Part shown: positions 48,863-58,581 of the stretch, in pieces
Layout: every line of letters starts with the position of its first letter
Position numbering within the stretch: the first letter of the stretch is position 1
NCBI GenBank assembly: GCA_963713975.1
Contig: OY970218.1
Span: forward strand, 3,040,001-3,104,000
Direction: 5' to 3'
DNA: 64,000 bases
From: an uncultured Chloroflexia bacterium
GTDB taxonomy: Bacteria; Chloroflexota; Limnocylindria; Limnocylindrales; CSP1-4
Translations under genes and position numbers: made by a program
The notes under the pieces: generated by a model
The model's database searches: none
What the model saw: only the letters and a program-made list of their open reading frames with translations
What the model was told of the DNA's origin: nothing

Positions 48863-48973
48863 ATGGAAATCCTGATCGTCCTCCTGATCGCCATCGTCCT
48901 CGGCATCCTGGCCCAGACGGTCGGGGCCGACTCCCGCGACGCCGACCCCTGGCACGCCTCCCCCTCCTGGTAG
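48863..48973 (+). CDS. 36-aa single-TM peptide divergent from LysR (absent from the ORF track)
   Basis: MEILIVLLIAIVLGILAQTVGADSRDADPWHASPSW with high-GC3 codons. Confidence 0.65.
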   Translation: MEILIVLLIAIVLGILAQTVGADSRDADPWHASPSW

Positions 48974-49049
48974 ACCCACCCCATCCCCGACACGTAGAAG
49001 CGGCCCGGCATCGAGTCCGCGGCGCTCCCTGGTTGGTTGTGGTGCCTTC

Positions 49050-49499
49050 TCAGGCGTCGCCTCGGTCAGGGGCCGGCCGCACCATCCACTGCTCCGGTTC
49101 CCCGAGCGGCTCGAACCCGAACCCCGCGTAGAGGCCGTGCGCGTCCTGGGTCGCGAGCATCATCCGCTTGAGGCCCTGCAGCCGGGGGTCGTCGATGATT
49201 GCGGCCATCAGCCGCTTCCCCACCCCGCGCCCGCGGTTGGACTCGTCGACGAGGACGTCGCAGATCCAGGCGAAGGTTGCCTCGTCGGTGACCACCCGCG
49301 CAAACCCGACCTGCCGACCATCGACGTATGCCCCGAAGCACAGGGAGTGCATGAGGGACCGCTCAAACACGGAACGGCTCCGCCCCAGCGCCCAGTAGGA
49401 GCGCTCCGACAGGGCCGGAAAGAGCCACCCGAGATCGAGTTCGGCCGGGTCCGTGGTGATCCGCACGTCGCCCTCGGGATACTCGAGTCCGGCCGTCAT
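49050..49499 (-). CDS. GNAT acetyltransferase
   Basis: SYWA..., GFARVVTD, RGRGVGK, DAHGLY. Confidence 0.9.
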   Translation of the reverse strand: MTAGLEYPEGDVRITTDPAELDLGWLFPALSERSYWALGRSRSVFERSLMHSLCFGAYVDGRQVGFARVVTDEATFAWICDVLVDESNRGRGVGKRLMAAIIDDPRLQGLKRMMLATQDAHGLYAGFGFEPLGEPEQWMVRPAPDRGDA

Positions 49500-49646
49500 G
49501 GGGTGATGGTACGCGGCATGACACAGCGGAACCCCTGCGGAGCGGTGGTTGTCCGGCCTATGATCCGGATGACCTGGCCACCGCAAATGGTGGCGCGTGC
49601 TCGTCCCGGACCGCGCCGATATGGACTGCAAAGCACCGGAGGCACC

Positions 49647-50324
49647 GTGGAAACCACCCGCAAGGCACCCTACTCCGTCTCCAACGACGGCACGGGGCCG
49701 TACGCCATGTTCACCTGCGAGTCGTGCGGGCGCGACTACCGCGCGCAGCCGGTCCTCGTGGAGGAGGTCAAGGAGACCCTCGCCAAGTCCGCCTTTGGCG
49801 GGTTCCTGCGCAACATCCCGATCGTCGGCGACGCCGCCGCGAACCAGGTCGACAACGACCGCTATCGGAACACGCTGACCAACGACGAGCTCGAGAAGGC
49901 CTGGGCAGAGGTGAAGGTCAACTTCGCCGAGTGCCAGTCCTGCCGCCGGGTCGTGTGCATCCCCGACTTCGACATGGCCTCCGGCTTCTGCAAGGAGGAC
50001 TCGCCGCGCAGCGAGGAACTCCAGGCGCGGGATGCACAGCAGGCCGGCGCAGCCGCCGCGGGCTTCGTGAGTGGCATCGCGAACGTGTTCGGGATCTCCG
50101 ATGCGATGAAGGCCGCGGCCGCCCAGCAGTCAGCTGGGGTCGCGCCGGGTGCCGCGCCGGCGGCCACGTGCGCCTCCTGCGGGGGTGCGCTGGCGGCAGA
50201 GGCGAAGTTCTGCGCCAGCTGCGGAACGCCCGTGCCCAGCAAGGCCTTCTGCACCGGCTGCGGGAAGGAGCTCGCGGCGGGCGCGAAGTTCTGCGCCCAC
50301 TGCGGCCAGCCCGCGGGCGGATGA
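49647..50324 (+). CDS. Zinc-ribbon (double zinc ribbon) protein
   Basis: CESC, CQSC, and C-terminal CASCG..KFCASCG / FCTGCG..KFCAHCG. Confidence 0.8.
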   Translation: METTRKAPYSVSNDGTGPYAMFTCESCGRDYRAQPVLVEEVKETLAKSAFGGFLRNIPIVGDAAANQVDNDRYRNTLTNDELEKAWAEVKVNFAECQSCRRVVCIPDFDMASGFCKEDSPRSEELQARDAQQAGAAAAGFVSGIANVFGISDAMKAAAAQQSAGVAPGAAPAATCASCGGALAAEAKFCASCGTPVPSKAFCTGCGKELAAGAKFCAHCGQPAGG

Positions 50325-50363
50325 CGGCGCCCGCAGGGGAGCCGCTGCGGAACACCTGAATCG

Positions 50364-50400
50364 GAAGCGCCCCCCGGGCCCAAGGCCCGGGGGGCGCTTC
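50364..50400. terminator. Intrinsic terminator hairpin between convergent genes
   Basis: Perfect 17-bp stem GAAGCGCCCCCCGGGCC-caa-GGCCCGGGGGGCGCTTC just downstream of pnp. Confidence 0.85.
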
Positions 50401-50416
50401 TCGTTGCGCGCTGGGG

Positions 50417-53002
50417 TTACTGGGCGAGGTGCCGCTGCATCGCGGCCTTGCGGGACAGGTTGACCCGGCCCTGGCGGTCGATCTCGGTGACCACCACCAT
50501 GACCTCGTCGCCCACCGACACGACGTCCTCGACAGACGGCACGTGGTAGTCGGCGAGCTCGCCGATCCGGATCAGGCCTTCCTTGCCCGGCAGGATCTCG
50601 ACGAAGCACCCGAAGGTCATCAGGCGCGTCACCTTGCCCAGGTACAGGGATCCGATCTCGACCTCGCGGGTGAGGCTCTCGATCCAGTTGATCGCCTTCT
50701 TCGAGTTCTCGCCGGAGACAGCGGCGATCTCCACCGTGCCGTCGTCCTCGACGTTGATCTCGGTACCGGTCTCCTCCTGGATCTTGCGGATCATCGATCC
50801 ACCCTTGCCGATGATCTCGCGGATCTTCTCGGGGTTGATCTTGATCGTGATGATCCGGGGGGCGAACTCGGACATCTCCTGGCGAGCCGAAGGCAGGACC
50901 GAGGTCATCTTGTCCAGGATGAACAGGCGGGCGGCGAGCGCCTGCTTGAGGCCCTCGCGGATGACCCGCTCGTCGATGCCCTTGACCTTGATGTCCATCT
51001 GCAGGGCGGTGATGCCCTCCGTGGTCCCGGTGACCTTGAAGTCCATGTCGCCGATCGAGTCCTCCTTGCCGAGGATGTCGGTCAGGACGACGAAGTTGCC
51101 GGTGTCACCGTCGAGCACGAGGCCCATCGCCGCGCCGGCGACCGGCGCCTTGATCGGCACGCCCGCGTCCATGAGGGCGAGGGTCGAGCCGCACGTCGAC
51201 GCCATGGACGTGGAGCCGTTGCCGGACACGACCTCGGACACGAGGCGGATAACATAGGGGAACTCCTCCTGCGTCGGGAGCACCGGCAGGAGCGCCCGTG
51301 CGGCGAGGTTGCCGTGCCCGATGTCCCGGCGGGACGGCCCGCGCATCGGCTTGTTCTCGCCGGTGCTGTAGGGCGGGAAGTTGTAGTGGTGGAGGTAGCG
51401 CTTGGACAGCTCGGGGCTGATGGTGTCGATCCGCTGGACGTCCGAGGACGGCCCGAGCGTGGCGACGGTCAGCGCCTGGGTCTGCCCGCGGGTGAACAGG
51501 CCGGAGCCGTGCGCGCGCGGCAGGAGGCCGACCTCGACCGAGATCGGGCGGATCTCGTCGGTGGCGCGGCCGTCCATGCGGATGCCCTCGCTGAGGACGA
51601 GCGCTCGGACGGTCTTCTTCTGGACGAGGCCGAACAGGCTCTTGCTGAACCGGGCATTGCGACGGGCTGCCTCGAGCAGGCGGGCGGACTCGTCCTTGTC
51701 GGTCCGGGTCGCCCTGACCGCGCCGGCGATGCCGTCCTTGAGTCCCTCGATCCGGCCGGGCAGGTCGTTGCCGAACCAGATCAGCAGGTTTGCCGTGGCT
51801 TCGGCGTCCGGCAGCGCGCGATGGTTCTCGCTGAGCTCGACGCCGAAGAACTTGGCCAGGGTCCCGAGCTTGTAGTTCTCGAGATCCGGGTAGCCCTCAC
51901 GAGCGATGACGAGCGTGTCCAGGTACGCGCCCTGGGGGATGCGGGTGCCGTCGCCGAGGGCTTCCTCGATGAACGCGATGTCGAACCCGACCGAGTGGCC
52001 GACGAGCGGCGCACTCCCGACGAACTCGAGCGCCTTGCGGGCGGCCTCGGCCGACGCCGGCGCGTTCTTGACGTCCTTGTCGGTGATCCCGTGCATCTGG
52101 TTGCCGACGATCGGCCGGCCCGGGTTCACGAGCGTGGACCAGCGGTCGGTGATCTTCCCGGCCTTGACCCGGACGGCGGCGATCTCGACGAGGTCGGCCA
52201 TCTTGGGATCGGTGCCGGTCGTCTCGACGTCCACGACCACGAACTCGCCGCCCGCCTTCGCCAGGTCGGCGAACTTGAGCACGGAGTCTGTGAGCGGCTC
52301 GAGGTACGGGACGAGCTTGGGCTTGCCGACCAGCTCGCGCAGCTTCTCCTGAATCTCGACCAGGGGCAGCAGGGAGCGCTGGGCGAACAGGATCGCCTCG
52401 GCCATCACGTCCTCGGGGAGGACCTTGACGCCCGCCTCGACCATCATGATCGCGTCGCGGGTGCCGGAGACGACCAGGTCGAGCTCGGAGTCCTGGAGCT
52501 CGGTGTAGGTCGGGTTGAGGACGAACTCACCATTGATCCGGCCGACGCGAACGGCGCCGACGGGACCCTGGAACGGGATCTCGCTGATGGACAGGGCGGC
52601 GGACGCCGCGATCGTCCCGAGGATGTCCGGGTCGTTCTCCTGGTCCGTGGACAGCACGGTGACCACGAGCTGGACGTCGTCCTTGTAGCCCTCGGGGAAC
52701 AGCGGACGGATCGGGCGGTCCGTGAGCCGGGCAGCGAGGGTCGCCGCCTCGGACATACGGCCTTCGCGCTTGATGAAGCCGCCGGGGATCTTGCCGGCCG
52801 CGTACATCCGCTCCTCGAACTCGACGGTGAGCGGGAAGAAGTCGAGACCGGGCCGCGGCAGGCTGCGGTTGGCCGTCCCGAGGACGAGGGTGTCCCCGTA
52901 ACGGAGGGTGACGGCGCCGCCGGCAAGGCCGGCGAGCTTGCCGGTCTCGAGCGTGAGCGTACGACCGCCGAACTCGATCTCGAGCGTGGTGGGTGTGGGC
53001 AC
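50417..53002 (-). CDS. pnp: Polyribonucleotide nucleotidyltransferase with an inserted DEDDh exonuclease domain (861 aa)
   Basis: FFPLTV, DRPIRPLF, RRDIGHG, GDMDFK, KH and S1 domains; AAGGAGG RBS before GTG 53002. Confidence 0.95.
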   Translation of the reverse strand: MPTPTTLEIEFGGRTLTLETGKLAGLAGGAVTLRYGDTLVLGTANRSLPRPGLDFFPLTVEFEERMYAAGKIPGGFIKREGRMSEAATLAARLTDRPIRPLFPEGYKDDVQLVVTVLSTDQENDPDILGTIAASAALSISEIPFQGPVGAVRVGRINGEFVLNPTYTELQDSELDLVVSGTRDAIMMVEAGVKVLPEDVMAEAILFAQRSLLPLVEIQEKLRELVGKPKLVPYLEPLTDSVLKFADLAKAGGEFVVVDVETTGTDPKMADLVEIAAVRVKAGKITDRWSTLVNPGRPIVGNQMHGITDKDVKNAPASAEAARKALEFVGSAPLVGHSVGFDIAFIEEALGDGTRIPQGAYLDTLVIAREGYPDLENYKLGTLAKFFGVELSENHRALPDAEATANLLIWFGNDLPGRIEGLKDGIAGAVRATRTDKDESARLLEAARRNARFSKSLFGLVQKKTVRALVLSEGIRMDGRATDEIRPISVEVGLLPRAHGSGLFTRGQTQALTVATLGPSSDVQRIDTISPELSKRYLHHYNFPPYSTGENKPMRGPSRRDIGHGNLAARALLPVLPTQEEFPYVIRLVSEVVSGNGSTSMASTCGSTLALMDAGVPIKAPVAGAAMGLVLDGDTGNFVVLTDILGKEDSIGDMDFKVTGTTEGITALQMDIKVKGIDERVIREGLKQALAARLFILDKMTSVLPSARQEMSEFAPRIITIKINPEKIREIIGKGGSMIRKIQEETGTEINVEDDGTVEIAAVSGENSKKAINWIESLTREVEIGSLYLGKVTRLMTFGCFVEILPGKEGLIRIGELADYHVPSVEDVVSVGDEVMVVVTEIDRQGRVNLSRKAAMQRHLAQ

Positions 53003-53124
53003 GTGTAAACGACCTCCTTGGTCGTGGACGGAGGAGCGACTGCGGCGGGTGGGGCCGGGTTTCGCCTGGGAGCCGTATTCGATCGACCCCGGGGCATGGC
53101 CCGGGGTCAGTGATGCGGCGAGTC

Positions 53125-53394
53125 CTAGCGGCGAAGGCCGAGCGAGCCGATGACGGCGCGATAGCGCGCAGGATCCTTCTTCACGAGATACGCGAGAAGG
53201 CGACGGCGCTGACCCACGAGCTTGAGGAGACCGCGGCGCGAATGATTGTCCTTCGGGAAGCGGCGGAGGTGCTCCGTCAGGTCCCGGATCCGCTCCGTCC
53301 GGAGCGCGATCTGGACCTCGGGCGAGCCGGTGTCGCCGTCCTTGACGGCGTAGGCGGCAATGACCTCTTGCTTCTTTTCCCGCGCGAGCGGCAC
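53125..53394 (-). CDS. rpsO: 30S ribosomal protein S15
   Basis: [10 protein letters not shown]...[20 protein letters not shown]; 89 aa. Confidence 0.97.
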   Translation of the reverse strand: MPLAREKKQEVIAAYAVKDGDTGSPEVQIALRTERIRDLTEHLRRFPKDNHSRRGLLKLVGQRRRLLAYLVKKDPARYRAVIGSLGLRR

Positions 53395-53504
53395 TCGATC
53401 CTCCGACACGAACGATGGCGTGACTGTATTTCCTGTCTTTGACCGGCGGAGGATAGCAGGCGACTGCCGCTTCGGGCAAACGCGGAGTCCCTGCAAGCCG
53501 GCAG

Positions 53505-54887
53505 TCAACCCGCCAGCGTCATCGCCAGCTCGGGCCGCAGCAGGAACGGGGGCAGGAAGGACGGCAGGTTCGAGAAAGGCAGGACGTCCGGGTGGAGATC
53601 GATCCCCAGGGCATCGCGCATGAACGCCCGGCGCGCCTCGATCCTGCGCCATGCATCAGGGTAGGCGGACGAGAACGCCTGTCGCAGGCCATCGTCGGCC
53701 AGCGCCAGGCCGTCCTCGATGTTGGTCGTGAACCAGGGCGTGCCGGTCGCCGGGATGATGTCTGCCTGGAGCGCCATCCCGGACCGGAGCTCGACCGTGG
53801 AGCCTGGGCCGATCGGCGAGTTGACCCACTCATCGAGATGGAGCTGGTGGCCCGGGTTGAGCCCGACCCCGAAGAAGGGGTCTCCCAGCCGCTGGTCGAT
53901 GATGGCCTGGAGCACGCCTCCCTGCTGCCCGACATGGAGCGCCCGATACCAGGCCGCAACGGCCTCGAAGTACGGGCCCACCAGCCGATCGACGTAGTCA
54001 CCGACACCATCCGGCAGCCCGGTGGCGTCCTCCACCACGAACCCCGCTCGACAGTTGAGCGAACCCCAGATCCCGAACGCGACGGTCAGGGGATCGCCCT
54101 TCTCGATCGGCCGGTCCCCCGGGCTGAGCAGGCCCAGGCGCGCGCGAGGCCCGGCCGTGAGCATCAGGTGGCAGGACAGCGGGGTGCCGTCCCAGCCCAA
54201 GAGGCGAACCGCCTCCGCCTCGGTCATCCCCGGCCGCAACCCGGCGAGCAGGCCGCGAATGCCGTTCGAGGTGCGGCACGCGGCATGTTCGAACACGGCG
54301 AGCTGGTCCACGTCGTTGATGACGCGCATGCCGTCGGCCGGGTCGATCAGCAGGCCGGCCGCATTCTCCACCCGCCCGGCTGCTCCAACGAGCGACCTGA
54401 TCGTGTCCGCGATGTAGGCGGGGACCTCAATCGTCGTCGGGTCGGCGAAGGTCTTCCAACCCACGACGCCCACCCGCGAGCCGGGTCCGACGCCCTCGTC
54501 CGCCAGGATCGTGGCAAGCATGCGGGAGCGATCCCGTGGCTGGCTGGGCAGGCTGAAGTCCTGGAACAGCTCCCGGCGCATCTCCAGCGGGGCCTCGCCG
54601 GCCGTCCCCCAGCACTCGTTGCCCACCAGGACGAGGGGCGGGTCGTCCGCGCCGACCACGAGCAACGCCTCCTCGAACCTGGGGTCGAACCCTGTCAGGT
54701 AGGCGACGTTCGCGCTGTGCTCCCGGTCCGCATAGACCACGATCCGGTCGTAGCCACGGCTGTCGGCGCGGGCGCGGAGCGCCACGATGCGCTCGGCGTA
54801 GCGCCCCCCGGGCAGCTCAGGCCGCGGGCCGGGTGGGCCGAACTCCGGCAGATCGATCGGAGCGAGTCGCGCAGGTCCCTCCCGCAT
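53505..54887 (-). CDS. M24-like (Xaa-Pro aminopeptidase-related) protein
   Basis: [27 protein letters not shown]. Confidence 0.75.
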   Translation of the reverse strand: MREGPARLAPIDLPEFGPPGPRPELPGGRYAERIVALRARADSRGYDRIVVYADREHSANVAYLTGFDPRFEEALLVVGADDPPLVLVGNECWGTAGEAPLEMRRELFQDFSLPSQPRDRSRMLATILADEGVGPGSRVGVVGWKTFADPTTIEVPAYIADTIRSLVGAAGRVENAAGLLIDPADGMRVINDVDQLAVFEHAACRTSNGIRGLLAGLRPGMTEAEAVRLLGWDGTPLSCHLMLTAGPRARLGLLSPGDRPIEKGDPLTVAFGIWGSLNCRAGFVVEDATGLPDGVGDYVDRLVGPYFEAVAAWYRALHVGQQGGVLQAIIDQRLGDPFFGVGLNPGHQLHLDEWVNSPIGPGSTVELRSGMALQADIIPATGTPWFTTNIEDGLALADDGLRQAFSSAYPDAWRRIEARRAFMRDALGIDLHPDVLPFSNLPSFLPPFLLRPELAMTLAG

Positions 54888-56602
54888 CACCCGCCGCCCT
54901 CCAAGGCCGGCGGCACCCAGGGCACAGCACCGCTGGTGCCACGCTTGATCTCCACGAACTGGTTCGCGTCCACGGTGACCCACGGTCCAACCTCACCGTC
55001 CGGCCACGTCACCCGGACGTCGGCTCTCGTGGCGCCGCCCAGCCCCACGTGGAGCGGGCCGAGCCGGCCACCGATGTGTCCGCCGCCGATGGTGAGCTCG
55101 CGTCGAAGGATGGCCTCCCCCACCCTGACCTCGACGATGCTGCCGATGGCATCCCGGTTGCCGGCGGGTTGCACGACGCGGATGCCCAGCCAGCTGCCCA
55201 TCGCGGACGCGGCATCGGCCGTCCCCGCCCCGACGTTCCGCCACACCCGGACCGGCTCATCGACGTTGACCTCCACGAGGTCCGGCAGGCCGTCGAGGTT
55301 GAGGTCCGCGAGCGTCGCTCCACGGCCCAGGCCCATGCTCAGGATCCCTGCCTCCAGCGCACCCTCCGTGAACGTCCCGTCGGGCTGCCCCAGGAACAGG
55401 TTGCTGGGATCCTCCTTCGCGTAGTCCGCCACCCCGCCCACGTTGCCCTTGGAGACGAACAGGTCCACGAAGCCGTCGTTGTTGACGTCCTCAAACTCCG
55501 GGTGCCAGGCCGTCGACGGCAGGACATCGCCGCCGGTGAACGGCACGGCGGCGTTGACCCCTCGCTTGAGCGCGATGTCCCGGTACGTCGGCTGGGCGGG
55601 CCCGGCGAGCAGGGTCTGGAGCTTGTTGTCGCCCTGGCTGGTGAGATAGATCTCCGGCAGGCCGTCTCCGGTCAGGTCCTGGCTCGCGATGCCCATCCCC
55701 CAGATCTGCATGCTGACCCAGCCATCGTCGGCGGTATAGGCGCGCGGCGCGGCTCCGGGATCCATCCGCCACAGCTGGTCCGAGCCATCCGAGTAGTAGT
55801 GGCGGTCGTTGGTGACCCGCAGGTCCCTGCGGAGGGCCCCGTCCCACGAGCTGAACAGCATCGACAGCGTGCAGTAGCCCGGGGCGAGGGTCTCGGGAGC
55901 GGCGTAGCCACCCGCTTCCGTGGCGGGACGGTACAGGAGGCTCGGCTCGCAGTCGAAGGTCGGCTCGTGCGCGGCGTCGAGGGTCACGTAGTTGCCGAGG
56001 GCAAGGGTCGGCATGGCGGCGTAGCCTTCCCATGTCGCCGAGAGTGCCGTCGTCCATGCCTCGGGTGCGGCGAACCCCCAGGCCTCGTTGGCCCGCTCGA
56101 ACCGGCACCCACCCAGGCCCCGCAGGAGCACCGACTCCCCCACCCTGAGCACGGCCAGGTCCGTGCGCCCGTTTCCGTCGATATCGACCGGATAGGCACC
56201 CGTCACGCCCTCGAGGTCCGTCGCGGCATCGGCGATCCGCACGAAACGCAGCGCCCCACCGACGTCGCCGTCGTTGTGGAAGAGACCTGCCGGACCCGAG
56301 CCGCCGGCGACGTAGACATCCGGGCGGCCGTCCTCGTCGCAGTCCAGCACGGCGAGGCCTCCGCCGGTTGCATAGGTCACGCCGCCGCCGTACGTATGGC
56401 CCAGACCCGCTCCTGTGGTCTCCTCGATGAAGTGAGGCGCGCCAAGGGCAGCCTGCGGCGTGGACGACCCGACTCCGCGCACCGCCACGATGATGCCGAT
56501 CACGACGGCGACAACGACCACGACGAGTCCCGCCGCCCAACGGCCGACGCGACGCCGGCCGCCTGACCGGGGCACGATCGTCTCGCTGCCGGCCCCGCTC
56601 AC
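54887..56602 (-). CDS. CRTAC1/ASPIC-UnbV family FG-GAP repeat protein
   Basis: N-terminal TM; repeated DxDxDGxxD; C-terminal NRDAIG...HVGLG...VTWPDG. Confidence 0.88.
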   Translation of the reverse strand: MSGAGSETIVPRSGGRRRVGRWAAGLVVVVVAVVIGIIVAVRGVGSSTPQAALGAPHFIEETTGAGLGHTYGGGVTYATGGGLAVLDCDEDGRPDVYVAGGSGPAGLFHNDGDVGGALRFVRIADAATDLEGVTGAYPVDIDGNGRTDLAVLRVGESVLLRGLGGCRFERANEAWGFAAPEAWTTALSATWEGYAAMPTLALGNYVTLDAAHEPTFDCEPSLLYRPATEAGGYAAPETLAPGYCTLSMLFSSWDGALRRDLRVTNDRHYYSDGSDQLWRMDPGAAPRAYTADDGWVSMQIWGMGIASQDLTGDGLPEIYLTSQGDNKLQTLLAGPAQPTYRDIALKRGVNAAVPFTGGDVLPSTAWHPEFEDVNNDGFVDLFVSKGNVGGVADYAKEDPSNLFLGQPDGTFTEGALEAGILSMGLGRGATLADLNLDGLPDLVEVNVDEPVRVWRNVGAGTADAASAMGSWLGIRVVQPAGNRDAIGSIVEVRVGEAILRRELTIGGGHIGGRLGPLHVGLGGATRADVRVTWPDGEVGPWVTVDANQFVEIKRGTSGAVPWVPPALEGGG

Positions 56603-58512
56603 GTGCCAGCCACACCGGCGTAGTAGCGCTGGGCCAGGGACCAGGCGCCGATCCCGCATTGGGAGCCCACGCGGCGGCCCTCGAGGTCGTCTGGCTCCAC
56701 GTGGATCCCGCCCCACAGGCGGGATCTCCCTGCCTGGTCCGCGGCGTCGAAGTACGTGGCCCACTCCAGGCGGATGTCCGTCGTCGGACCGGCTTCGAAC
56801 TTCAGCGACCCTGGCTTGATCGTGTAGGAGCTCTCCCCGCCCGGGAAGTACTCGCTGCCGGTGAACCCGGTCAGCACCTCGGCCGCGGCCCGGCTGAACG
56901 AGCTGTGGCCCGACACGTAGCCCGGGAAGGACGGCGTCACGAAGGTCGGGAGCTGGTAGGGAATCCAGTCCACCGCGCGGATCCAGCCCACGCCGGCGGT
57001 CTCGTTCTTCGGATCCTCCGGGGTTCCGGCCCAGGACAGGACCGCGATCTCGTTCTCGTGACCTGCGAGGGAGGCGTGCCGGCCCCCGGGGGCCGTGGAC
57101 GCACGGGTGATCAGCTCGATGAGGTCCGGGACCAGGGGCAGGCCCTCCGGGTCGTAGGACGGCTGCGCCGGGTCGCTCGACTGGCCCCGGCCACCCATAT
57201 AGCGGATCATCGAGATCGGCCGGACGCTGTCGTAGTAGCCCTTCAGGCCCCAGGCCGCGATCGCGGCGTCGTGGACCGCACCGTTCAGCGCGAGGTAGAG
57301 CTTCGTGTCCCACTCCAGGCGGTCGACCGGGTCACCGGTTCCGCCAACCCGGAGGTCGGGGTCGATCTCGTCCGACACGAGGTTCGCCAGCACGTTCCAG
57401 TGGCCGGGCGGCGTCTCCGAGCTGGGCCCGTCCGCCCAGAACTCGGCCATCACGCGTCCGTAGTCTCCCTGCAGGACGACGTCGGGCTCGTACGCCTGGC
57501 CCGTGACGGGGTTCACCGGGTGGCCGGTGCCATCGTCGGTGCCGAGATCGTTTGCGCCCATCGCATCCGGCGAGATGTCGATCAGGACGCCGTCCGACGG
57601 ATCGAGGAGGCTGCTGAGGCGGATCACCTCGACGGCGGCGTCCTTGTAGGCCTGGTCGGTGACGGGGTCGCCGAGCTGTGGCGGCGGACCCGGGTCGATC
57701 GGCGTGCCCGTGCCGCTGTCCACGGGAAGTGCGAATCCCTCCACGTGGCCCCAGTGGGGGCCGATGGCCTGCTGGACGCCGTTGGTGACGGGGATGCCGT
57801 TCTGCGAGATCATGTGCTCGATCTGCAGCGGCTGCCAGTGGTTCGGGTCCGTCATCGTGGCGCCCGGCTGGCTGACCACGAGGGGCGGGTTGACCGGCTT
57901 GTAGGCCGGCGCCGCGTAGCCGCCATCCTCGTTCGAGCCGTCGCCCTTGCTGTCCGCGATGACCGCAGCCGCGATGCGGTTCCCCAGTGCCGCCGGCGAG
58001 TCGCCCTCGGTCGTGACGATGTCAACCGGATAGCACAGGGCGTCCATGACGTCGGCGAACTCCGACAGCGAGTCCGAGCCGCCCGTGGCCTTGATGTACC
58101 GCTCGTTGAGGACCCGGTACGCCGCGTAGCTCATCGCCTCCTCGCGGGCGGCCGTCACGTCGTCCGCGTTGTGCTTCTCGGTCAGGAGGTAGCCGCGGGC
58201 GTTCTCATCGTAGGCGGCCCAGGCGTCCCACATCGCCACCGAGGTGTGGAACAGGTTGCGGGCATGGACGGTGGGCGCCGGCAGGGCCCTGCGGATCGCG
58301 TCCAGCAGCACCTCGTCCCAGCGACGTGCGACCGACCATTCCGGGTGGTCCGCAGCGGGCGGGCAGCTGGGAGCCGACACCCATGGCCGCGCGACGGCCA
58401 CGCCAACGCCTGCGATGACCACGAGGACGACCACCGCTGTGATCCCGGCAATCCGGCCCGTGCGCGCGCGTCGGCGCGGCGCCGGGGCGTCAGCGATCTC
58501 CGCCTGATCCAT
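56599..58512 (-). CDS. Vanadium-dependent haloperoxidase/PAP2-like protein
   Basis: K-x6-RP (KGYYDSVRP), PSFPGYVSGHS, SRLWGGIH. Confidence 0.85.
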   Translation of the reverse strand: MDQAEIADAPAPRRRARTGRIAGITAVVVLVVIAGVGVAVARPWVSAPSCPPAADHPEWSVARRWDEVLLDAIRRALPAPTVHARNLFHTSVAMWDAWAAYDENARGYLLTEKHNADDVTAAREEAMSYAAYRVLNERYIKATGGSDSLSEFADVMDALCYPVDIVTTEGDSPAALGNRIAAAVIADSKGDGSNEDGGYAAPAYKPVNPPLVVSQPGATMTDPNHWQPLQIEHMISQNGIPVTNGVQQAIGPHWGHVEGFALPVDSGTGTPIDPGPPPQLGDPVTDQAYKDAAVEVIRLSSLLDPSDGVLIDISPDAMGANDLGTDDGTGHPVNPVTGQAYEPDVVLQGDYGRVMAEFWADGPSSETPPGHWNVLANLVSDEIDPDLRVGGTGDPVDRLEWDTKLYLALNGAVHDAAIAAWGLKGYYDSVRPISMIRYMGGRGQSSDPAQPSYDPEGLPLVPDLIELITRASTAPGGRHASLAGHENEIAVLSWAGTPEDPKNETAGVGWIRAVDWIPYQLPTFVTPSFPGYVSGHSSFSRAAAEVLTGFTGSEYFPGGESSYTIKPGSLKFEAGPTTDIRLEWATYFDAADQAGRSRLWGGIHVEPDDLEGRRVGSQCGIGAWSLAQRYYAGVAGT

Positions 58513-58581
58513 CGGACTGGCTCCCGGATCGTTCTCTCGGCGCGGCCGGGTCCCTGATCCAGCCGCGGGTGACTGCCGTCA

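Noticed and set aside
51780-52250. Intein or mobile intron in pnp
   Set aside because: There are no C/S...HN-C/S/T splice motifs and no LAGLIDADG; the insert is a DEDDh domain.
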